Of a stretch of DNA of 64,000 nucleotides, positions 1-12,234 are shown in pieces. A model generated the notes under the pieces. It did no database searches, was not told the origin of the DNA, and worked only from the letters and a program-made list of their open reading frames with translations. The first letter of the stretch is position 1. The number at the start of each line of letters is the position of its first letter. The position numbers were made by a program, and so were the translations under genes. Source of the DNA: Dendrobates tinctorius (Eukaryota); the NCBI RefSeq assembly GCF_039654945.1, contig NW_027361730.1:33728001-33792000 (forward strand). The letters are read 5' to 3'.

Positions 1-1855
1 CCCAGTCCCTACGTGGCGTGGTGACCCCAGTCCCTAGGTGGTACCCCAGTCCCTAGGTGGTGCTCCAGTCCCTAGGTGGTACCCCAGTCCCTACGTGACG
101 TGGTGACCCCAGTCCCTAGGTGGTACCCCAGTCCCTAGGTGGCGCCCCAGTCCCTACGTGGTGTGGTGACCCCAGTCCCTAGGTGGTACCCCAGTCCCTA
201 GGTGGCGGCCATAGTACCTAGGTGGCGGCCCCAGTCCCTAGGTGGCGCCCCCAGTCCCTAGGTGGCACCCCCAGTCCCTAGGTGGCGCCCCCAGTCCCTA
301 GGTGGTACCCCAGTCCCTAGGTGGCGCCCCCAGTCCCTAGGTGGTACCCCAGTCCCTAGGTGGCGCCCCCAGTCCCTAGGTGGCGCCCCGTCCCTAGGTG
401 GCGGCCCCAGTCCCTAGGTGGCACCCCAGTTCCTAGGTGGAGCCACAGTCCCTAGGTGGCGGCCACAGTCCCTAGGTGGTACCCCAGTCCCTAGGTGGCG
501 CCCCGTCCCTAGGTGGCACCCCCAGTCCCTAGGTGGCACCCCCAGTCCCTAGGTGGAGCCCCAGTCCCTAGGTGGAGCCCCAGTCCGTAGGTGGAGCCCC
601 CAGTCCCTAGGTGGCGGCCACAGACCCTAGGTGGTACCCCAGTCCCTAGATGGCGCCCCGTCCCTAGGTGGTACCCGAGTCCCTAGGTGGCGCCCCCAGT
701 CCCTAGGTGGTACCCTAGGTGGCGGCCACAGTCCCTAGGTGGTGGCCCCAGTCCCTAGGTGGCACCCCAGTCCCTAGGTGGTACCCCAGTCCCTAGGTGG
801 CGCCCCGTCCCTAGGTGGTAGCCCCGTCCCTAGGTGGTAGCCCAGTCCCTAGGTGGCACCCCCAGTCCCTAGGTGGAGCCCCAGTCCCTAGGTGGAGCCC
901 CAGTCCCTAGGTGGCGGCCACAGACCCTAGGTGGTACCCCAGTCCCTAGATGGCGCCCCGTCCCTAGGTGGTACCCGAGTCCTTAGGTGGTGCCCCCAGT
1001 CCCTAGGTGGTACCCTAGGTGGCGGCCACAGTCCCTAGGTGGCGCCCCCAGTCCCTAGGTGGCGCCCCGTCCCTAGGTGGTACCCGAGTCCCTAGGTGGT
1101 GCCCCCAGTCCCTAGGTGGTACCCTAGTCCCTAGGTGGCGCCCCGTCCCTAGGTGGTAGCCCAGTCCCTAGGTGGCACCCCCAGTCCCTAGGTGGAGCCC
1201 CAGTCCCTAGGTGGAGCCCCAGTCCCTAGGTGGCGGCCACAGACCCTAGGTGGTACCCCAGTCCCTAGATGGCGCCCCGTCCCTAGGTGGTACCCGAGTC
1301 CCTAGGTGGTGCCCCCAGTCCCTAGGTGGTACCCTAGGTGGCGGCCACAGTCCCTAGGTGGTGGCCCCAGTCCCTAGGTGGCACCCCAGTCCCTAGGTCA
1401 CGCCCCCAGTCCCTAGGTGGTGCCCCCAGTCCCTAGGTGGCGCCCCCAGTCCCTAGGTGGCGCCCCGTCCCTAGGTGGTACCCCAGTCCCTAGGTGGCGC
1501 CCCCAGTCCCTAGGTGGCACCCCAGTCCCTAGGTGGCGGCCCCAGTCCCTAGGTGGTACCCCAGTCCTTAGGTGGCGCCCCCAGTCCCTAGGTGACGCCC
1601 CCAGTCCCTAGGTGGCGGCCACAGTCCCTAGGTGGCGCCCCCAGTCTCTAGGTGGCGCCCCAGTCCCTAGGTGGCGCCCCCAGTCCCTAGGTGGCGGCCC
1701 CAGTCCCTAGGTGGTACCCCAGTCCCTAGGTGGCACCCCCAGTCCCTAGGTGGTACCCCAGTCCCTAGGTGACGGCCACAGTCCCTAGGTGGCTCCCCGT
1801 CCCTAGGTGGTACCCCAGTCCCTAGGTGGCGCCCCCAGTCCCTAGGTGGTGCCCC
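1..1855. repeat. GC-rich tandem satellite/minisatellite, ~19-20 bp unit CCCCAGTCCCTAGGTGG(TA/CG/CA/AG)C, about 90 copies, open at the window start
   Basis: Unit directly visible. The variant CCCTAGATGG recurs near 644, 944 and 1263, indicating ~300-320 bp higher-order duplications. ORFs here are repeat artefacts. Confidence 0.97.
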
Positions 1856-3393
1856 TGCTACTGCCATCTTCCCCATAGCACAATGCAATGGCTGTACCGC
1901 GCATTGGCCCACAGGACACAGGTGGCACTGATACGTCGCAGAATGATGGGGTCACGCCAGACTGTGACACACAAGTCGCTAACAATCATTTGCATTTTTT
2001 CCACTTGTCAGGGTTGTGGCACCCTGTGGATCCCGACAAGACCCAGTCACTGGCATGTTTCTACACTGCAGCATGGCGTGATCTTTGGCGGTGCCAGTGG
2101 CGGCTAGAGATGCCATATAGACCCCGCTACATGACAGGTTTTCTGTGACAATCTGGGTGTAATCGATGCGGTAGACTTTATACATGCCCCTTTCTGAAAT
2201 ACTATTTGTCGACTTTTTCTGTGATAAATTCTTCAAAATGGCGCACGTGGTTCATGAATTTGCGCAAAATAAAAAGCGACCGTTATTTTTGTCTTTAACA
2301 TTTTTTTGCACCTTCTTAAAACAAAAATGTTTAGCTAAAATGTCACAAAATCTGGACCAAAAAATACAGTTCCACAATGTGACATAAATAGTGCCGCACA
2401 CTGGTGTGATGCTAATCCTGATAGAAGGGCAGCAGCCTCGCTTGCAGTCTGTGGTTTGGAAGCAGGGGAGGCTTTCCTGAAGCATCTCTTGGGTAGGTGC
2501 AGACAAGTGTATTTTTGGTCCGAGAGTGATCCAACAAAGCGCCGGTCCAAGGAAAAGACGCAGCAAGCCCGATTGTGATCCGATATTCAGATCGCACTTG
2601 GCCATGCAAGTCAATGAGTCGTGGAAAACATTAGACTGCATTCCAACTGCCGCGCACTCACAGAATGGAGGAGATAGAGACATTTTATCCTCCATCTTCT
2701 CCATATATATAGAACCGGATCGCACTATGATCACACTCTCATCAGAGTGTAATTTGCATAATCGTCCCTATTCTCACGGATGAGAGAATCTGCAGCCGTG
2801 TGCACCTGTCCTTAGTAGTAGAACAGTCCAGCACAAATGTGGGGCATCTGTACAGCACTTTACTTTGTATTTTCATTTACAGTCTTTGCAATTGGATTTT
2901 GATCAATTTCCTTATATTACACAATGACATGTAAAAGTTTAGGCACCCCTGGTCAAAATTACTGTTATTGTGAACAGTTAAGCAAGTTGAAGATGAAAGG
3001 ATCTAAAAGGCCTAAAGTGAAAGATGACACATTTCCTTTGTATTTTTGTATTTTAGTTAAAAAAACTTCTTTTACATTTAAAAAATTACGAAATGGAAAA
3101 TGGGTGTATGCAAAAGTTTGGGCACCCAGTCTGGTTAGTACCTAGTAGCACCATTTTTTAAAATATCACAACTTGCAAATGCTTTTTGCAGCCAGCCAGG
3201 AGTTTTTCAATTCTTGTTTGGAAAATTCTTCCAGTTCTGTGAGATTTCTGGGTCTTTTGCATGCACTGCTATTTTGAGGTCTAGCCACAGATTTTCAATG
3301 ATTTTCAGATCAGGGGATTGTGAGGGCCACTGTAAAACCTTCAGGTTGCACCTTTTGAGGTAGTCTATTGTGGATTTTGACGTGTGCTTAGGA

Positions 3394-4199
3394 CATGTCT
3401 GCCAGCAGGAATTTCAGGGCCCCATACTGGTAAGATTTTAGGGCCCACTTGAGACTCCAACCAGGCTCCACTCCAGCTCCACCTGCACCCTGCAAACCAC
3501 TTCCACAGTCCCACCAACCACTTTTGGAAAAACTCACCAATCACACATACATAGAGAATTCCAGACAAGAAATCAGTGCAATACGAAGTTTATTTAGATT
3601 AACATATAGGCACGCATAATGGTAAGACAAAAAGTGAAAAGAATAAAAAATATTGCAATATGGTAAAGTGCAAAATAATGAATAAATAAGCACACGATGT
3701 GCAAAGCTGCAATGTATAAAGAACCTATGAGAGGTTCACTTATTCTCTGTTATCACAGGTTACCTGAGGTTTTCATATGGACTTTTATTACCTTTGCGGG
3801 TTATTATATATATCTATTTAGTGTTATATATTTTACATGGTATCTCTATTGATCCTGTACACGCGCACATTGCTTTTTAACTTTTTGTCTTGCCATTATG
3901 CCTATATGTTAATCTAAAAAAACATCGTATTGCACAGATTTCTTGTCTGGAATTCTCTGTCTTTTCTTTGCTCTAGGTATTGGGTTTTGCTCATCCATTT
4001 AAGGCGCAGATGCTTCTATGCATGACAGTGATGTCATACGCTGGCAACGTGCACTCCAAAATCAGCTACCTGCCTCTGATTGACTGGCGGCTCCTATTTC
4101 AGTGCAACGGCTGATTCTTGTCCCTGGAGTCCAGTGAGGAGGGGGGACTGGGCCCATACGCCCGCCAGTAAGGGCAGTAATCCCCTGGTAATGGCTCTG
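3394..4199. mobile_element. Non-autonomous hAT-like insertion inside the Tc1 transposase
   Basis: 8-bp TSD GCTTAGGA (3386-3393) / GTTTAGGA (4200-4207), CA..TG ends; Tc1 coding sequence resumes after it. Confidence 0.75.
3553..3958. repeat. Fold-back with ~80-bp inverted arms (3553-3632 / 3881-3958), possible Penelope-like remnant
   Basis: AGAGAATTCCAGACAAGAAATCAGTGCAATACG is mirrored by CGTATTGCACAGATTTCTTGTCTGGAATTCTCT. Confidence 0.7.
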
Positions 4200-5027
4200 G
4201 TTTAGGATCATTAGCCATTTGTAGTAGTCAACCTATTTTCAACATCAGATTTTTTACAGATGGTGCTATGCTTGCATCAAGAATTTGTTGAAATTTCATT
4301 GAATTCATTCTTCCATCTATCTGTGGAAAGAACCCCGTGCCATTGGCTGCAACACAACCCCAAAGCATGATTGGTCCACCCCCGTGCTTAATTGTTGGCT
4401 AGTTGTTCTTTTCCTGAAAATCTGTGCCTTTTTTTCTCCACATATACTTTTGATCATTGAGGCAAAAGAGTTCTATTCTAACCTCATTGGTCCACAGGAC
4501 TTGTCTCCAAAATGCATCAGGCTTGTTTAGATGTTCTTTTACATACTTCTGAAGCTGAATTTTATGGTGACAACGCACAAGACATTTTCTTCTGATGACT
4601 CTTCCATGAAGGCCATATTTGTGCAGGTGTCTCTGAACAGTAGAACAATGTACCACAACTCCAGAGTCTGTTAAATCTTTCTGAAGGTCAAGTGGGGGTC
4701 CTGATTTGCCTCTCTAGCTGTCTTATGAGCAGCTCTCACTGAAATTTTGCATGGTCTTCCAGACCTTATCTTGACTTCCATTCTTCCTGATAACTACTAT
4801 TTCTTAATTACATTTTGAATTGAAGAAAGGGCAACTTGAAAATGCTTTGCTTTCTTCTTATATCCTTCTCCTGCTTTGTTGTCCTCCACCATTTCCAGAG
4901 TGCTAGGCAGCTGATTAGAAGAACCCATTGCTGCTGTGTTTTGGCACAAGTTTAGAGGAAGCTAGGTTTTTAAAAAGTTGGGAAATTTGCTTCACCTGGC
5001 CATTCCTAACGATGGCCATAACCCTAA

Positions 5028-5392
5028 AGACCCCTTTACATTTAGCGATGCACCAGCGTTCCCGACCACGATACAACCCGGTCAGGATCGCTGGTACATC
5101 GCTAAATGGTCGCTAGTGAGTTGCCACACAGGCAGATCTCACAGCGATGCAGCAGCGATACAGCGGTCGTTATTTACCTTTCACATGCAGCGATCCTGGC
5201 GTCCTCCCGTCAGCGTCCACGCGTCGCTCGTCGGCGCCAGCAGGAAGCCCAGCATGAAGCGCCCGACGAGAAATGGAGCTGCGCAATCTTGCGCGATCAG
5301 CGATGGACAGCGGGGGAGCAGGTCGGAGGTAAGTATCACACATAGCGATATCGCTGCTGCGTCACCAAATCAGTGATGCTGTAAAACCCCCT
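5028..5392. mobile_element. PIF/Harbinger-like MITE (family also at 6616-6860 and 59913-60361)
   Basis: TAA TSDs, short imperfect TIRs, internal AGCGAT/ATCGCT repeats shared by the three copies. Confidence 0.8.
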
Positions 5393-6455
5393 TAAGAAGC
5401 TAATTAAGGTCTGAAAACTTGGTCAAAGTTATCTGAGTAAACAAATCTCCAAGTGTGCCCAAACATTTGCACTGGCCAATTTTCCTTTTTGTAATTTTTA
5501 AAATGAAAAAAAAAAAAGACTATATATATATATCTATTATTTTTTTGCCTAAAATGCAAAAAAAGTGATCCAGCAGGTCAAAATGTACAGAAGACTGAAC
5601 TGGAATGGCACTGAGAACAGATGAAGACAGCGGCTGGTGAGTATAACACTCGGGGCTGGGAACTTACATTAGTGACACCACTCCAGCGCTGCAATAAAAC
5701 AAAAAAGACTGGAGTGGTGCTTTAACTGGAGGGCATCTGAAGAACATTCTATTAGGGGATTGCTATTGAAGTAGGAGCTTCTCTGAATCTACACTTCAAA
5801 AGGCACCTGACTGTAGGCTTGTTAGTATCTTTGATTAGATTGGCATTCAGGACATTACTCTTTATATAAAAAAATAATAATTTAATAATTAAAGGTCCCT
5901 ATACATATTAAAATAAAGTCAGCCGACCATCTATTCTATTGTGTATGGGGGGTATGATGAGGTCACGGAGAGAAGAATTACACAGTTTTAATTTTGTTCA
6001 CAAGGGCGATAACCAGTGAAAGCAGTCTTCTCCCCTCTCCCCATTGCAAACTCAACACGAACACTTGGTGCTCACTTGTATGGGGAAGTTGGGATTGGTT
6101 TATGGTTGAATACTTATTACAATGGCTCTTAAGCATCTGATTCCAAACAGTAAAGTGACTACCATCAACAATAAGCCTAGGAAATATCCCGCTCATGCAG
6201 AAGAACAGGGCTCTGGCAACACTAGATTTTATTCATAAGGTCAGCTGTCTATATTGTGTACAGTTTTCTTTCTAAAGTTGGCTTTCTATCATTTACTAGC
6301 CACTATATTCAGACCTGTCACCTTTGAACATGCAAAAGTGTTTATTACTTGTATTAAATATGTCCAAGATGGTTTATTTTCAAAATTATTGGCAATTTCT
6401 GGCAATTTTCCCTCATACAAGCAGGAAGAATACATTTTTTTCCTTGGCTCATTTA

Positions 6456-7254
6456 AGGGGTATTCTCATGTTATACATTGCTTTCGTTAGTTAGACACAT
6501 GGAAATAAGCAAGTTTGCAGTTGTCTTGCTTTTTTTTCTATCTTTCATTCTCCTGCTGTGAGAGCTTTTATCTGACATATTGTATACAAGTGATTGACCA
6601 CCAGCGACTGGCTAAGGGTACCGTTACACTAAGCGATGCACCAGCGATCCCGACAACGATATGGATCGCTGGTGCATCGCTAAGTGGCCGCTAGTGAGTT
6701 GCCACACAGGCAGATCTCACCAGCGACATAGCAGCGGTCGGCAGTCACTTCTTGTCAGACGCGGCGATCCTGACATCCTCCCGCCCGCGTCCACGCGTCG
6801 CTCGTCAGCGCCACAGGAAGCCCAGCAGGAAGCACCCGACGAGAAATGGTCGTATGTTCAGTAGATACATTGCAGGAGAGGCGTTAAAGCTTGAGATACC
6901 AGTCACTTCTCTACAGCCCATTGATTTCTTTATATCAATTAGCTACTCATTTCCCTCCCCGTCAATCTCTGCCCCACTCTGCGATTCTCCTATCAGTCCT
7001 GAATAATCACAATCCTAAAGCCTCTAGCATCAGCAGTCTCCAGATAATTTCTCCTAATCATGGCTCTCACTTTCCTCAGGCATGTGCTTGTGCAGAGTAC
7101 CTGTTATCTATATAGGAAAATATAGTGATAACACTGTACACATCAGAAAAAATACTTTAGCAGAAGGAAACTGACCAGAATTGTCACTCAAGAAGAAGTG
7201 CCCACCTCTCTTAGCAACCATGAGCTGTTCAAGAAACAACTTGAAAATACCCCT
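6456..7254. mobile_element. Kolobok/T2-like MITE containing a truncated Harbinger MITE (6616-~6860)
   Basis: TTAA-flanked TIRs (A)GGGGTATTCTCA / TGAAAATACCCCT; a related copy starts at ~62886. Confidence 0.72.
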
Positions 7255-7722
7255 TTAAGAAGGGTGTACGGTAATTTATGGATTAAAAAAAGCAACAAAA
7301 GGAATACTGTGCTTAATGCTTTGTCTATAATGATTTAATGGTAGTGCATGCGTTTCTCTCTATTCACATCTTTGATAGTTCTTAAACTTGCTCACTATAT
7401 GCATGTATGCTCACTATATGCTATATGCATTCGATAGTGCAGACAGCAAGCTCCTGTACACACAGACCTCACATCCAGTATGTATTCCCACAAAAGGAAA
7501 ATCTAAAATTAGGAGCTGGTTTCAATTTGCATTTAGGAGGCTCTGGGAACAAATAAGGTTTTGCCAACCGAAACTGAAAAGGTAAACTTTTTATTACCGA
7601 AGATCATCACTAACATGTCAAGATTATTTTTCTCATGTAAAAGGTCACTATAGCCTTTAAAAACAGGTTCCTCAGACACAAGAAACTTGGACAGCCGCAA
7701 CCCATCCAGAGAGCAGTTTTGC

Positions 7723-8406
7723 TGTTACGGTGTGTCGGAAAAGCAAAGGAGTACCTGGAAGTGGACCCTCTGGGTCACGGCTCCAGAGCCCCCAGAGGCG
7801 AGTGCCCAGGTGAGGACCACCCCCTATACAGGGAGTGTTAGGGACAGACCTCCCGGGGATAGAGCCGCGACAGCCGGAACCAAAGGGACGACTGAGGTAG
7901 GAGAACAGGAGGCAGCGTATAGGGTGAGGCAGTAACCCAGTGGGTGCGGAACCGGGGACCCAGGGGCGCACAGGAACGGAGGCTGTAGATGTAAAGAAGC
8001 AAACAAATGAATACAGGCTGTACAGCAAATAACCGAGATGGAGAGGGAAGTAGGTAGCAGGACAGAGGAGGGAAAGCACCAGGGAGACAGGGAGGGCAGA
8101 GCACAGAAAAGCAGACCGAGGTTAGGCAGGAGGAACCACGGTAAAACAGGTAGCAGGGACAGAGGACAAGAGGGGCCTGAGGACACAGGGAGCGAAGCTG
8201 CGGACAGCGTCACCGCATGAGATACTTAGGCGTCTTACCAGGACTGACGCCGGCCATATGTAGCGGTGGGCGCCGCCATCTTGGGGGCGGGGCCTAGCGC
8301 GTCAGCTACCCAGGAGGCTGAGCGCCGAGGGAGCCGAAGGCCGGGCGCGGGGACACGCCGAGGGGCAGGAGTGCGCCGGACAGCGCGCGTGGGAAGCGCT
8401 GTGACA
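7723..8406. mobile_element. Solo LTR
   Basis: TGTTAC...GTGACA termini, exact 5-bp TSD TTTGC (7718-7722 / 8407-8411), GC-rich end with GC-box and CGCCATCTT motifs. Confidence 0.88.
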
Positions 8407-8727
8407 TTTGCATATCAAAAATATATTTTGACCTACCAAATGTAAATTAGCAAAATAAGTGGGCAAGTCGAAGAAAGGAAATATGAGTACAGTAAGAAAT
8501 TTACAGGGTTCGCCAGCAGTTTGTTACTACAGAGACACATAGGTTTGCATAGTAGCTGTAGACACAAAATACTGTATATATTTTTTAATCAAGACTATGT
8601 GAAGAATTGCTTAACTTTTCATTATAGATGCATTAGAAAAATAAAAAAATATTTGCAAAGTTTAGATAGTCTTAAAAAGTTGTCTGGTGAAAACAAATTA
8701 TCACCTATCCAAAGGATAGGTAATACC

Positions 8728-9395
8728 TGTCACGACACAGCTGTCGGGTGGCCTGGGATCAGGGACTCCTTCCCTGTCCCTAACATTAGGGGTGCCCTAG
8801 CTCGCCCTACTCCCTGGGTACTTCTGAAGGTGAAGATGCCGGGGCCTCCACCCTTGCCTTAACTCCTGAGTTAGCCCTCCACCTATTCTCTTCCCCCACC
8901 CAGGGAAGAGTTGTGCTACTGTACACCGTAGTACACCAACCCGACAAACAATGCAACATGGACAAGGGTTAACAGAAAACTCCAGGCATACAAAGTATTC
9001 ACTCACATTTACCGGAGGAATGCAAGGGGGCGTGAAGGTAGGGGAATAAACTAAAATAGAGATGGATAGGGAATTACCACACATAAAAACCAAACTATAG
9101 TCACAGATAACTCCTCCAACTTTCCTTCTTATGAATGCCTCTCCCTACACTTGCCATGTAGCAAATGCTAGCTCTGAAAAGGATTTGTAACAGAGCCAAG
9201 ATTAAAAAGGGGAAAGGAGTGGCTAACCGAGCTTAGCTGTGAGCACAGGGATTTCCAACATGACTGATTAACCCCCTACTCTGCCAGAAGAAACACATTT
9301 AAAATGAAGGAGAAGTGCTTCTTCTCAGCGCCAGAGTAGGAACAATCAGACGCTGCCGTCTTCTGGCTCCACACTGTCGCGGTAACCACGTGACA
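8728..9395. mobile_element. Solo LTR inserted in a T2/Kolobok-like MITE (~8673-9745)
   Basis: TGTCACG...CGTGACA termini; TSD imperfect (ATACC/ATAAA). Host arms ATCACCTATCC..GGATAGG recur near 8700 and 9697. Confidence 0.72.
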
Positions 9396-11667
9396 ATAAA
9401 TTATTGATGGGTGGAGGTCCAACCCCTGAAACTCACACCGATGGGCAGAATGAGGAATTTTATACCTGATGGGGTACTTTTATCCCTAATACAAAATGGC
9501 ACGGCAAGTTGGATGCTTAACTGCTGTTCCATTTGTTCTTTGTGGGGTGACCCAGAGAAGCTGAGCGCAGCTACCGGCATCCCTAGAGAGAAAAAATAGA
9601 GTGTGATACTGCCGCTACATTCTAACATGGAGAAAAGTTTCAGTTTTGTTGATAGGTGCATGTCCCAACGGTCGTACCCCTACTGATCAACAAGTAATCG
9701 CCTATCCTGTGGACATCTGATAATATCCATCTTGTGATCACCCAGCTTCTAAAAACAGGAGCTTGTACAGGAGATTGTAAAGACACTAATTTTCTGACTG
9801 TGCGGAGTCATGTGAAGACTCAGTGGATGTTTGGTCTGTTCACTACTCCCGCTCAGCGGACAATTGAAAGAACATAGCTTTGGCTGGCAAATAACTGTCC
9901 CTGCAGACAGGCTCACAATACACCTCCATGCGGATTTGTCCTTGCCACAAGGTCACCTATTCCCCTCTTTTGATAATAGCCATTAATCCCTTTACTGTAT
10001 ACATGTTGTCACCTTCACAGTGGAGCAGGGCAGACACTGGCATCTCCACTGACACCTGTCACCAAGGTGTGATGGAGAGCAGCAAGGTTACAAAGGCCTT
10101 TTTTTCATAAAGAGGAGAACAATGCCCATGGCTGCAATAGTGTAAAAACCTGAGTCTGTAAAAATAAGCAATGTGCTGAATTTCTCCAAGAAGTAAATTC
10201 CAGCAGGTCAGGGGCTTTTATAGATCTCTGCAACAATATTTTTAGTTACTTTGTAAATGAAAAAAAAAACCTAACAATGAAGAGGGGAATGTCATAATAG
10301 CAAAGCATAGTGTAACAAATCGAGTAAGGGCAATACTAGCTGCAGTGATAGGGCTTGGAAAATGGCTCAGATCATTTATTTATTCACCTTTTTAGGTTTT
10401 TCCCTAAATAGAACAAACGGTTACATTGTCTTTTGTTGTCTACATTATAATATGCTGACTGCAAAACTAAAATAAAATAAATCCATAAAAACTAAAGCTA
10501 TAACTGAACTTCTCGCTGTGATATTACAGGAACACAATATGCAATAATCTGAAATTCATTGTATATGTGCCGGAATGTTGTAATAAGGAAAGCTGCAGCA
10601 GGTCATACATTACAGGGTGAAAGTAGCATGGCGGACCTTGTAATACTCAGACCGGATGGCCCATCTACGATCATTGCTATTCTTCTCTAATTTCCATATA
10701 CTGCAATAAGGCTCACGGTCTTCGTGAAACAACTCTTCATACGCCCTGTTCACTTTATGTTTGTGAAAAAAATAGTGATGACCTGCCTATAGGTTATTAT
10801 TAGGCAAAAGTGCTGTTTTAACCATTCATTTGGAAGGAATATATACATTTTTATTTGTTCTTTCTAGTGTATTAAAAAGGCTACATATTTTCTGCACAGT
10901 ACATATTTTTGTAAAAAAAATGGGAATTAATGGCAGATATATGCAACTGTATACAGTTGTGGACACATGTAGAAATGGGCTCTTGTGCAAGAAGATTAAA
11001 TGGGCAGATTTGGTGGTGGTAGTGGGCCTCCTTACCTTGGGCCCCTGTGTGGCTGAAGAGGCTGCACCAATGATATGTCCGCCCCCGATAGTCATACAAT
11101 TGCAGTTGCATAGGGCATTCTTTTAGGGTCTACATACAGTATGCAGCAGCACTGTTCTAACTTGTATGCCCAATATAATGGACAGAACTTATAGCTACAC
11201 ACATGGGTTAAGTAACTGCCAGATGGCAACCAGTACCTAACAAACGCCTCATACTCATGCACGCCTGCTTCAGGCAAACATGTTTTTATTTTCAATGGAG
11301 AGAGGGGAGTAAGTTGTTGCCTATAATGGTAGCTATTTATCTCAAATGGGAACACAAGCATTGAATATTAAAATTCAATGCCTAATCCTTGTTTTTCCTA
11401 ATATCTGTTTGGGAAGGGTCTGAAAGTCTCCATACACAGAAGGTTAGGGTCACATGACAGTATAAAAAATAGGTCCAATTTTCTTCCAGAAAAAGGGATG
11501 ATGTTTTTCTCACTTGTCGTCCGTATACAATCCATTTGTTTCACAGCAGCTATTAATCATATACAGAAAAGTTTCCAGTTTCTTACGTTACAGAATTTAA
11601 ATGTATCCGTAAAAATCATATGCTACTCTGTAGCATACGATTTTTTTCTCGTTACCCATAGACTTGA

Positions 11668-12234
11668 TGTCACACTGTGACAGTCTGAAGAAGTGGGGTC
11701 TCAAATTGTCCCTGGAACTGGGACCCTAACTAACCCTGTCCCAGGGATACTCTTGAAGTTAGAGAGGCCCGAGTCTATGACCTCACTATGCTCCTGTTAT
11801 ACCCTGATCTGTCCCGTCTCCCATTCCATGAAGCATAGGACAGAAATGTAAGGTAAACCAGATACAGAGACAAAACAGGGATAACAGAAAACCTCTATGA
11901 TACAAAAGGACCAGCCAACAATAGGGAGGAGAATAGGGACAGGGAGGAATACACAAAACACAGCACAGGAAGAAGAATCTTTTACCAGCAGGGACAAGAA
12001 GTTTAGACACGTTTTTAAAGAAAGAGGTAATAACAAGATCAGAGGCAGCTGAAATGGAGCTGCATGTTTCTGACGAGCATAGAAAGGGTTGCTAACCTCT
12101 TCAGCACTAGAGGAAACCAAATCCATTTAATACGGGACACAACTCACACCATCTCTAAAGAAGACCTGAGATTCATTTCCCAATATGACCATCAAACTCC
12201 AGGTCTTCCAGGGGAATGTGACACTCTTGTGACA
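11668..12234. mobile_element. Solo LTR inserted in a Harbinger-like MITE (~11447-12411)
   Basis: TGTCACA...TGTGACA termini, exact TSD CTTGA; removal restores the MITE motif CCCATAGACTTGAATGGG. Confidence 0.87.

Larger units (their letters stand above)
2921..5565 (-). mobile_element. Degenerate Tc1-family DNA transposon (transposase pseudogene ~3135-4930) interrupted by hAT and Harbinger MITEs
   Basis: Minus-strand peptides [46 protein letters not shown] and a C-terminal GATRY* near 3135. Tc1-type AAAAGTTTRGGCACCC subterminal repeats at ~2935 and ~3112, with an inverse near 5455. Confidence 0.88.

Noticed and set aside
1-1855. CRISPR-like array or repetitive protein ORFs
   Set aside because: No unique spacers and no cas genes; the ORFs are translations of the satellite.
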